A stretch of DNA of 64,000 bases, taken from NCBI GenBank assembly GCA_030704615.1, contig CM060733.1:42346001-42410000 (forward strand). Direction: 5' to 3'. Made by a program: the position numbers and the translations under genes. Under the pieces are notes generated by a model. It was not told the origin of the DNA and searched no databases. It saw nothing but the letters and a program-made list of their open reading frames with translations. Source of the DNA: Takakia lepidozioides (lineage: Eukaryota; Plantae; Bryophyta). This document shows, in pieces, positions 36,281 to 47,230 of the stretch; position 1 is the stretch's first letter; every line of letters starts with the position of its first letter.

Positions 36281-39058
36281 CTGGTGGACACAAATAACAA
36301 TTCAGTTAAGCATAGCAAGGCAGACCAGAACAGAGAAACAAGAAGCAAGGAAATGCACAATGGTGGTAATTATCATACTAATGAAGTAATTAATTAACAT
36401 ATAAGACACATATAAGATTCGTGATGGTTCATCTGAAATAACAACCAAAGGAGCCTCCTCATCATCAAACTTTATAACATAAATAAAGACAAGCTCAGAC
36501 TGCCCTAGGCAACACGATCTCACACTCTAACCATCATCCCATGTTGTTGAGTTGCATCTATCATGTAGTGCACATCCAGAATTCCACATATAAATAACAA
36601 ACAACCATGTCTTTCAAAGGACCCTCCTCATATTTTACTTGTTAACATGGATCTATCAAATGAATAAACTGCGTGTATCAACCGTACACAGGATCACACA
36701 CGGGATTGGGAGAAGCTGTTGAAACCCTGAGTGCACAACGCAGCCAAGAAACCATAAAAATTGCAATTGTCTTGCAAGAATTCAAATGTGCCTGCCCACA
36801 ATCAGAATTGCATACCTTCATGAGTATGTGGGCTCGTAGAACAACAAGTCATAATCAAGCAAAGATTCTGAAGTCAAGGTGCCAAGAATCTACATAACCT
36901 GGGCCCACGGTAAGGTGTGGCTGACATGCAGTAATGAACTATAGTGCTGCGGTGCACACTTGCAACGGCAATAGAATTATTGATTTGCATTGTCATCGGG
37001 TGTCTAGAGGGCAAGTATGAAAATAAAGTAACCCCACCTTCAAAGGGAGATCGTTAACCGCACGTCACTACCCTAACACTAGTCATAGCTAAGAAACAAA
37101 CTAATCATGAAGAATTGTCCCTTTTCAAATTTATGGAGTGAAGGCAAGTGGAGCTTCTGCCTGCCTTCACAAAGTTTGCAAAGCTTTCAATAACCTTGAA
37201 ACGATCTGGTGACAACAAACCCTAAGTACTTAAACCTCACTATCAGCAAACTCAGGCCGCAGAGCCCTAAGAAACTCAGACCCTACAGGAAAACCTAAAT
37301 TATCCCGATGACAAAACCCCGATGACAGGGAGAAGGGTTTACCACTGCCTTTACTTGTGTCTGTTGTTGAAGGAGCATCAACCTGCTTAAAGGTATCTAA
37401 GCTACGCATTGAACGAATCATTGAACAAATCAGCAACTGCAGCGGGTTCAACAATCAACTGCCCAATTGTCTTGCAAGAATTCAAATGTGCCTGCCCATC
37501 ATCAGAATTGCAGACATAAAAACAAACGGGCTCAGACTGCCCTAGGCAACCCATCGACATTCACCAGACTCTCTCCATGACACACTATCTGACACCCTGG
37601 TTTCCATAACCAACAATCCCACATAAAGTAGGCTGCGAAGACAGACACAACACCGTTCAACCAAGAAGCAAGAGACGTAACAAAAATCAGATGAAGATTT
37701 GAAACCCTAACCCGAGTCATGGAAGGAAACTAATTATCTGTGGTAGAGGAGTAAATTGGTGGACCCATGAGATCAAGCTCAAGATTGCTGAGAGGCAGGC
37801 GCTCTATTATCATTTCCTCTTCAAAAGGAGCAAATGATCTGGTGACGACAAACTCTCGGTACTTGAACCTCACGATCAGTAAACTCAGGCCGCAGAGCCC
37901 CAAGAAACTCGGACCACCACAAGGATCAGGTGCTTGTAAAAACAAAACAAGATTTCAACATAGTGGAACATGCACTGAAATGACAAAATAAAATGTGCAA
38001 GGTGCTGGATTGGACATCAACATGCGACAGTTGCATCACGTGATGCACTAGCTGACACCCTGATGGGTGAACGCAGCGAAGAAACTTACACGACACCTAG
38101 TTGCCAAGAGCGCGCAACCCTGAGTGCACATCCAGAATTCCACATCTAAATAACAAACAACTGTGTCTGCCAAGGACCCACCCAGGAACAAGAATTGTTA
38201 ACACTTTCTAGTCCACTTTTTACCCTCCACACTTTACAGTCACTTCAAGATCTCTCCTCTTGCCCATGGTGATACAAGGGAGGGAGGTAGAAGGTGCTGT
38301 AGATTCTTGGGAGAGCTTTGCCACTTCTGCTGCTGATAGAGTCATGGAAGGAAACTAATTATCTGTGGTAGAGCAGTAAATTGGTGGACCCATGAGATCA
38401 AGCTCAAGATTGCTGAGAGGCAGGCGCTCTAAAAGGACTGCTGTAGTATCAAAGATGAAAAAACGCTCTGGTCTAGATACTACCAACTGCGTAAAGAGGT
38501 CAATCAGCTTGTAAGGGATCAGAAGAGGCTTTACTGGGAGAAGTTGTACAGTGACATAAACTTAACCCACCATGGTCATATTGACAAAAGATTCTGGTTG
38601 GACTTACAACCAATCATCATAACACCAACAATTGCACAACCAATACATGTACCCTACCTGGATCTTGGCAAGAACCACAACAGTGATAGACAATGTACTG
38701 GGAAAACATAACACACCAAAGAGAAAGAAGACAAGAATGCAGAACACTTTAAACCTGCCCTCATCTGCCGCAATCTGATCGACCTTAAGAAAATAAGTGT
38801 CCTTTAAGTCTGGAAAACTTGGACATTCAATGAGCTAGCAAAACACATTTCAGCACAAAACCCTAACAGCTCCGGAGAATCTCACCTACACGGTCCTAAA
38901 GCATACCTGCATGAGTATGTGGGCTTGTAGAACAACAGGTCATAATCAAGCAAAGATTCTGAATTCAAGGTGCCAAGAATCTACATAACCTGGGCCCACG
39001 GTACGGTGTGGCTAACATGCAGTAATGAACTTTAGTGCTGCGGTGCACACTTGCGCAA

Positions 39059-39157
39059 GAGACCGATAGCGAACAAGTACAGCGAGGGTAAGATGAAAAG
39101 GACTTTGAAAAGAGAGTTAAAGAGAGCTTGAAATGGCTGGGAGGGAAGCGAATGGAA
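39059..39157 (+). pseudogene. ~100-bp fragment of 25S/28S (LSU) rRNA 5' domain
   Basis: GAGACCGATAGCGAACAAGTAC..GAGGG.AAGATGAAAAGGACTTTGAAAAGAGAGTTAAA is the conserved eukaryotic LSU sequence. Confidence 0.9.
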
Positions 39158-39399
39158 GCTGCGGGTGCGCCAATCCAATCTTGAATCTGAGCAGATTCCA
39201 TCCTACGGAATAAATAAATTATTTGCAAACCTTAAGCACCTGACCTTGTGTTCATTGACTGCTTAATCTACTCGAACTCAAGACAGGAAAGCAAAGAAAA
39301 GCAACAAAAGCAGGAAGAAAAGAAAACCCCTGCTACCTGCTGTAGGTGCTACAAAAGAAGTATCCCCACAACAGACGTATGTGACCAACCAAGAATATT

Positions 39400-39578
39400 C
39401 GAGGTGTGCTGAGGTGCTCAACCCTTACAGTAGCCATAGTCGATGACATTTTGTACAACTTCATGCAGTCCAGTCAGACTCTCAAGAGACCAAATGGCAC
39501 TCCCTATAGAACAAAACTAATCTGCAAACCCTCAGCACTTAGGAATGGTTTGACACAGTATTCTGAAAGATCGTTGAT
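39400..39578 (+). pseudogene. Fragment of a paralogous amino-methyltransferase exon
   Basis: VDDILYNFMQSSQTLKRPNGTPYRTKLICKPSALRNGLTQYSE resembles IYDVLYNYVPHSSMSKDTKTGKPWRYNRTRSPAFIQTLMETCSD at ~10180-10310. Confidence 0.55.
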
Positions 39579-39946
39579 TCACAAACTCAGAGCTAACAAA
39601 AACGAGTCCAGCCAAAGGCTCAATGACGAAACAGATAAACTGCAAAACCTTAAGCACTTGATCTTCTCTTCATTGACTGCTTGCACTAAAAGAGCCTCCC
39701 CATCATCAGACTTGCAGACATAAAAACAGACGGGCTTATACTGCCCTAGGCAACCCATCAACGTTCACCAGACTCTCTCATAACTTCTCATTAGTAAAGT
39801 ATTAGCTCATATTCCACACATGGGGCAAACCAAAGCATCAGACACAACAAAAGGAAACCAAATGAATAACTATCCCAGCAACAATGGACATCATTAAGGT
39901 AAATTTTCAGCCCACGTAAAAAGATACTAAATTCAGCTTGCAATAC

Positions 39947-40207
39947 CTGGCAATACTTGGGTTGGCTTCCGCTTTTTGGACAGAATTGCTTTCTTGAATC
40001 CTCTTCTGTCCCCCCTGGCAGAGTCTGGAAACTCTTCATCCATAATCTCATCGAGCTCCTGCTCTGACATCTCTAGCAATGTAGCTACAGTATACATGCT
40101 GGAGGCAAGTTTTGTACCAAAAGCTCCAACAGTCTCTTCTTCCAAAAAATTCTGAAGCAACGCCTCAATACTACCATAAGGTGTATCCGCCATATCTGGA
40201 GCTGTAT
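39947..40207 (-). CDS. Gene D SAM-like header exon with basic NLS-like tail (ATG 40193 or phase-1 acceptor 40207), phase-1 donor
   Basis: YTVATLLEMSEQELDEI...RGDRRGFKKAILSKKRKPTQVLPG; CCAG|GTATTG. Confidence 0.7.
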
Positions 40208-42113
40208 CTTGCAGGCTGACCACCCTTGATAGTATTTTATTAAGATACACGATGGGAGAACCTGAATAGACAGCCAGCAATATTAACAACTTTTTCCCCA
40301 TGTCATCTGCCACACAAAAAGTACTCTACCATAACTACCCCAGGGCCAGAGGGACCATGAGCTCCCAAGGCACAGTTGGTACTAGCCCTAGCTGAACGAA
40401 GGCAGTATCAAGATCCAAAAACTCATCGAAAACAACTAGGAGACCTTCCTCCTTTCAAGAACCAAATAAATTAGTTTCAAACACATCAACAAGGTCGAAG
40501 CACTTACTTGTAAGTAGAGGTTTAGCCTTACTGCAACTCCTGACGCTCAATTCATCCGCCAATCCGCTCCTGTCTCAATCGAAACGCTCTGCACTAGTGT
40601 TCCTGCACCAGGTGCTGCACATTAATATTCTCTCATTCACATCAGATTAACAGAGTTGCAATGTCCTCTCAATGTCTCCATCGTTCCAAAACTTCGCCAC
40701 TCTTATATGGGTGCGCATGCAAGGTTGGAGCTATCTTGATATGGAGCGAAAAATCCTTCACAGCCAATGCAGATCATACTGCTCGTTCATTGCAAATGAA
40801 ATTAGCTAGCTAATGAGAAGCAACGGTCTGTGAAAAGATAAATTAACCTACTCTAGCTTCATTGTTCTCTGAATAAGGTAGTCAAGACTATGCGGATTAT
40901 CTATCTCATAGAAAACGGAAGAGAGGAAGATTTTTCTCTGGTACCGGAGTCCGCAAAACTCCTTCAAATGTCGAAAGTCTCTGCTACAGTCTCGATTGAG
41001 CGGGCTCACGAAATACGTTGAGGTGAAGTAATTCGTTGTGCAGATCAATACTATCAATCGGAGTAATGGACTGACAAACCTGGCTCAGGTCCAGAAAGAA
41101 GCTAATATCAAGCCACAGCAAGAGCGGTCTATCAGTACAGGCTAGCCGAGATTTTGACAACATTTCATCTCCTCCAAACAGGCTCAGAATTGTGTAAGCA
41201 ATTAGAGTGCAAGCAACAGAGGTACACAAGCTCAAAGATTACGAGACACAGTAGAGCGAGAGAGAGAAAGCGAGACAGATAGAGCGAGAAAACAATGAAA
41301 AATGAAGAGCACTGGGGAGATTGTGATGCGCCCCCCAAAACCTAAATTAAAACAGCATGTCATGATCGTCCGATCTTACCCTAATCCAATCAGAATTTTA
41401 CATCGAAACTTCATCCAAATATCATTCATCTGTTGACGTTTCCGTTCACGAGTTTCCGTCCAAAAGTTTCAGTCTATCCCTCGCTTTTTCGTTCAGTTTG
41501 ACATTTGACTCATAACGGATGCCATTCAACATTGTGCATGTATATGGTTTACACTAGACATGGAGTTGAATGCGCGCGTGCGAGACCGTGGGCGAAACTT
41601 GAAGATGTTGTGTTAAGAATCGTAAAATAGCAGCAACTCACAGCAGCGTAGAAGCCTGCTGGCGGTGCACTGAGAAACATGTCAAACATACAAAATTTGA
41701 AAGCAAACGAGCATTACGCAGGCAGGTGGGATAACATCCTTGAGACGGGAACGATGGCCCCTGCAAGAAAGTGAGTGGCGAGTAGTCGTAGAGGGCAGAA
41801 ACCTAGAAATCGTCTTTAAAATGACTGAATGGTAGCTTGACAGTTGCGCAAGAAAGAGGTGAATCCTGTGAGGAGGGGAAGGAGAGGTAAAGCAACGAGA
41901 GAGCAGCTTGGAGATGCGCAAAGCTACCAGCCGTGCTATGGCGGCGATTGTAGTTAAGATCGTAACTATAGAGGAGTTGCCAATGTAGGTGGTAATAATA
42001 GTGTAAAAAATGAGGAGCGGAACCCTATGGAATTAGCCATGGTAAAGGATTTTAGGAGAATCTGGCGGCGGGAGGGCGGATCTCCGCCCCCCTTTGGGAT
42101 CAGGTGCAATGTC

Positions 42114-43590
42114 GACCAATTTTGAAATAAATCAATTTTAATGAATTTTAATTCAATAATTAGACTTGAAATGTTTGTTATCGTTGGTTTCGGCCACACA
42201 ATGATTTTGTTTCTGGGGCAATTTTGTTCTTTGCATTGAGCCCTGACACCTGTGCGTCTGTGCCAGAATTCGAACCAAACAAAAATGAAAAAAAAAACAA
42301 AAAAAAACAAAATGTTCGCTTTGCTCACTATTCTAGAACTTTCTATGAAGAGTGATGGAAGTTGAAGACAAATTCATTTTGGAGGGCAAACGGGTGGCGA
42401 AATTGCGGTTCCTCATCCAAATGACTTTTGATCGCTCCAAAATTTTGCATGCACGTTGCATATGATCTCCCTGCACCAGTGCTTTGAGAATAAGGGCATC
42501 GCGAGCGGGCGAAATGCGGCCCAACATGCCCCGCAGTCCCTGGGGATGGAAAATAATGCATTCGAAGGGGAAACGGATGATTGCCCGTGCGAATGATTTT
42601 GTTTGCTTTCAAACTTTGCCAGTGTATTTGGTGTCCCGTCTCGCATGTCTCAAAGGACCACGACAACAATCCAAATTCGTTCGATGGCCCAACGGACGGT
42701 TGCCCGTCCACATCTCCCTCGGCATCTTCAGTATACCGTATCACAAGTCCCTAAGGAATATCAATTTGTTCGATGGGCCAACGGCGCGTTCAAAGCTCAT
42801 CCAGATTTGTTCATTGTGAAAAAAAAAACCTTTCATGGGTGAACGGCCGGTGCACCCATTCAACGGATGTGGTTCACGCACAACTTTGGCCCGCATGTGC
42901 TTCAATACGTGTCCAACACATGCCCTCATATACAAGAGGAAAACAAACTATTAGGCCCCCCAAAGATGTAGTCCCCCTTCGACCAATTTTGAGACCAATT
43001 TTGAAATAAATCGATTCTAATGAATTTTAATTCAATAATTGGTCTTGGAATGTCTGTGATCGCCAGTTTCGGCCATGCAATGATATTGTTTATAGGTCAA
43101 TTTTGTTCTCTGCATTCAACCTTCACATCTGTGTGTCCGTGCCAAAATTCGGACAAAAAATAAATAAATAATAAAAAAAATCGCTTCGCTCACTATTCTA
43201 GAACTCTCTATGAAGAGTGATGGAAGTTGAAGACAAATACACTTAGGAAGGCAAACGGGTGGCGAAAATCATTGTTCTGCATCGAAATGACTTTTGATCG
43301 TCTCAAAATTTTGCATGCACATTGCATATGGTCTCCCTGCGTCAGTGCTTTGAGAATCAGACCGAAAAGAAATCGCAAACGGACGAAACACGGCCCAACA
43401 AACCCCGCAGTCCCAGGGAATGGAAAACAATGCATTTGATGGAGAAATGGATGGTTGCATGTGCGAATGAATTTTGTTTGCTCTCAAACTTTGGCAGTGT
43501 GTTTGGTGCCCCGTCTCGCACATCCCGGACGACCACGCCATCAATCCAAATTTGTTCCTTGGCCCAACGGACGGTTGCCCGTCCACATGA
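42114..43590. repeat. Diverged direct repeat pair of ~600 bp (42114-42712 and 42993-43590), period ~880 bp
   Basis: GACCAATTTTGAAATAAATC...GGTTGCCCGTCCACAT present in both. Confidence 0.9.
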
Positions 43591-44209
43591 CTTTTGTTTG
43601 CTCTCAATCAAGCAATGTTGTTGCAATAAGGCGATGCGATCATCGGGGAGGATCGTTCTTTGGCCTTGAAGTGGGCCAATAAGAGCAGCTTGAGAGGCTC
43701 TACCCTTGGCCGGGACTTGAAGAAAGTTGGCCAAACTAGCTAGTCGAGAGTAGAGTCAAGTGGGGGTTTGGTTCTTTGCCATAGGACGCCATGGTACGGA
43801 AACAAACTAATTGATGTGGGATGCCACAACTTGGATGTTAGTTTCTACAAAATGGACAAGTCGATGAGGACATTGACTCCATGTTGGTATGGGTGTGTGT
43901 CTCGGCACTTTGCCTTGAGGGCAGGGGGTCGGGACACAAGAGGGGTTGCCCCTGTGGTAGGGGCAGTGACAACAATTAGAACGGGGGCTGAAGCACCCTG
44001 GAGTGCCCAAGGCACTCGAGGAGGCGGAGGCGTTCACTAGGTGGAGCCCCGCACACCGGGTTGCGGTGGGGGTGGGTCCAGGAGGGGTGGTGGTAGCTCA
44101 ATGGGCCTTAGTGGGGGTGGCATAGGACTCACCATGGGGCGGAGACCTTATAGTGGGAGTCGTGGGGAGTCTTGGGACTCATCACGGTCCAATGGGACCG
44201 TGGTGGGTG

Positions 44210-44396
44210 CACTACTACAAATTAACGTTTTTATGACTACATGTGATATAAACTTTGGTAACCATGACTATACATGTGACTACTATGTGATCAAATCCAT
44301 GGTTGGGCATATTTTAATATTTTTAATCTAATGGAGTCATATGTTTAGGGTTTATTAGGGTTTACAAAAGAGTGGAAACAAATACATGTAGCAGTG
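44210..44396. mobile_element. Short CACTA-type terminus / non-autonomous remnant
   Basis: CACTACTACAAA at 44210, subterminal ATGACTA(TA)CATGTGA repeats, possible right end GTAGCAGTG; no matching TSD. Confidence 0.45.
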
Positions 44397-44889
44397 CAAC
44401 AGAGTTCGAACCGCGAATGCACCGGGTGCATTTAATAGCAAAGTGCAAACAAGTTTTTAGGGGGGGCCAATTATGGACACCTTAGAAAACTTGTAGAAAT
44501 ATCTAGCCTGTGAATCAAAACTAAAAGAATCGATCCTGAGACACAGAATACTAGAATAGAACAGAGTGGGAGTGATGTTGCAACGTTCTAAAGTGCAAAT
44601 GCAAAGATATGCAAGAGGCAAGTGTGTGTGATGAAACTAATTCACTGTAAGGACAGGAGAATAGTAACCTATCTCTACGTAAGAGAATAGACACACTAAA
44701 GAACAGTCTTAGAAGGAGATCTAACATGCAACACTCGAAAATGAGTTTAAAACATGCACTACAATAGACACAAAGCAAATGAATGCAATGAACTATGCAG
44801 AAGATCAAATCTAAAACTCAAGAACAACAACAACGCCAATGAGACAAAGAGACAAGAACACAAGAAGCGAATCTCTATAATCCCCAAAC

Positions 44890-45190
44890 TAGTTTCGCTC
44901 AGCACGTGAGCTCATCAATGGGAAAGAGAAGGAAAAGAGATACAATGTGCACCCCTCACCCAGCTTATATACTGCGGAAAGTGAACTTGTCTCGGGGGGG
45001 GGAAAGAAAATATCTAATGGACGGAAAACATCCAAATTGTCTCGGCTGGAGAGATCGTCCAACACATGAAAACTTAGATGAAAAGCATCCAAAGTTTTCT
45101 CGGCGGGAGAGAAATATCCAACGCATGGAATTCTAGATGAAAAACATCCTAATGTTCTCTCCAAAATGGATAATCATCCAAACTAGAAGC
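44890..45190. repeat. LTR-like dispersed repeat, related copy at 63290-63545
   Basis: GAGCTCATCA.TGGGAAAGA...CCC..GCTTATATACT...GTGAACT shared. Confidence 0.55.
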
Positions 45191-45299
45191 TAACTGTGGT
45201 TGCATCACCATCTGTTTCTAATTCTGCTTGAGGAAGATAACCATTTGATAGATTCTATATCTTTGTTGAAAGATCTGTCGGATAGGCAACTTCCATCAT

Positions 45300-45725
45300 A
45301 AGAGAGCTTATGGAACTACATGTCAAGAGAACTTGGAAGCTACCCAATCTCACAACAAAGCTCCATTCTATCGAGAGACAATATTCTTGGTGCTCCGAAG
45401 GCCCAATTACCTTTTGGCATCTTTATCTCCTTCCCTCCTGAGGGCATTGGGGCGGTTCAGGGTGGTTCCCACAACCTACGGATAGAGAGTGGCAGATGGG
45501 AAAACCTGCAACTGGAGGACCGCCTATATCCAACTTGCACAGGGTGCAGCCGGGAAATTGAAACTGATGAACACTTCTTCTTCTATTGCCCTCTATACTA
45601 TGAGATCCGTGGGAGATTCCACTGTTTATTCCTTGGAACCCAATCTCTCACTGAAGGAGGATCAGAAATGCTTGGCAGCTTCCCTGCACGACGCCTTCAC
45701 CCTTAGACAATCACTCGAGCAATAG
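45300..45725 (+). mobile_element. LINE 3' end fragment (C-terminal zinc knuckle)
   Basis: HNLRIESGRWENL...TC..C..EIETDEHFFFYCPLYYEIR. Confidence 0.8.
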
Positions 45726-47230
45726 TTCTTATTCTTGGCTTTGGTTTTGTTTCCTCTCTCATGTTTTCTTCCACTTTGTCCCAAGTATCATTTCATTTCT
45801 TCTCTTTTTCCTTTGCCACTAGGACCTGGGAGTTTCCCATGTGTTTCCCCATGGTCGTTACTTTTTCCACTACTGTTCCTTCCTTGCCTTATTTATAAAA
45901 TTTCCAGGGCCACTGTCCCCTGTTCTATATTATTATTATTATTTTAAAAGTCTGTCAGTGCGTGTTGAGTCCCAATATTCTACTGCTTGAAGTACATCAA
46001 AGCCAGTTAATAAACGTGACTCGTACTCTTCGCAAAGTAATAGAAGCTTGATGTCGATAGATAGAAGGCCAAAAGACACAAGGCAATGTTCCTTAGCTTA
46101 AGTGTACTTAGGCTACTGTACATCTGTAAACCTCTCTTCCTGCTGACCGTGGTTTGTAGTCATCCCATCTGGCAAGCAAAGCTATATACACCATGATGGC
46201 CAATTTTTGGCTCCTGCTCCAGTGGTTCTATAAGGGCAGGCCTTGGCCTTGTTCTTCACCTTTCACTTATTAGCTTTCCTTTGTACTCTTTGCGAGCTCC
46301 ATCTTAGTTTGTCGCCATTCTTGGAGCTTAATTTGGCTTGGTAGTTGCAAAGTTATAGGGAGCTTTTGATCTAAGGCTCTAGTTTATGTTAATCTCTCAA
46401 GGAGTCCTAGAAATAGTTATTTTAAGCTTGAGTTCAAGCTAGAGCACATGGGATGTCATTGCTGGTTTGCTGAGTGAGTTTTGTATTTGCGGCTTTGGGG
46501 CTTGGGCCATAGCAATTTAAGATATCAAAAGGGTATTTTGCCCAAACTTGAGTCTTGAGAGAAGAGTCAAAGATAGAATGGGGTCTTTGGTTGCTAGGAA
46601 TTGAGCAAGACCGCATGAGTGGCTACAAGATTATACCCCAAGACTTACTTTGGCCATACCTTGTCAAGATCAAAGAGGTACACAATTACCTTCATTTGGA
46701 ATATTTCATTTGCAAAATTGTCATTAGGTGTGAGTAACATTATGGGGCCTCCATCTGAACCATGGATTAAAGTTGACCAACCCCCCCACCCCAACTGATT
46801 CTATGTGCTAACATGGGCTTGTGCGGGTTAGATTTTTGTGGCCATTGGACCCCATTGAGCTAGGTTCATACAAAGTCTCATGGGCACATTCTTATTATAC
46901 GGTCTGCTGTCCCATAAGTGGCAAAGTCAGGAGTATAGACATCCACATTTCATTTTCTACACCTTCCTGTCTGCTAATAGTGAATGCCTGTAACCTGATT
47001 CCCATGCGTTACAAAGGAGCAATCACAATTTTGGGCTGAGTTTCAATGTACCGTGGCTCGACCCCAAAATTGCCTCATGTAGGGTTGATTTGCCATGGAG
47101 GAGACACCCTCCAAGTCAAAGCCAACATTCCCAGGGTATCCTAAATGAACCAACCAGCAGCTTAATTCTAATTAATGAAAAGAGACACTCACACTCACAA
47201 TACACTCACACCTCACGAGGAAATATCCCC

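Larger units (their letters stand above)
36480..39946. repeat. Shared but rearranged intron module of gene D
   Basis: Mosaic of the same blocks as the gene A/B/C introns (36541-36810, 37398-37710, 38220-38815, 39240-39390, 39710-39780), plus an internal duplication 36815-36965/38905-39055. Confidence 0.9.

Noticed and set aside
39059-39157. Functional rRNA gene
   Set aside because: Only ~100 bp, with substitutions and no flanking rDNA.
42114-43590. LTR pair of an intact retroelement
   Set aside because: Only ~280 bp between the copies; no TG..CA ends, PBS or TSD identified.
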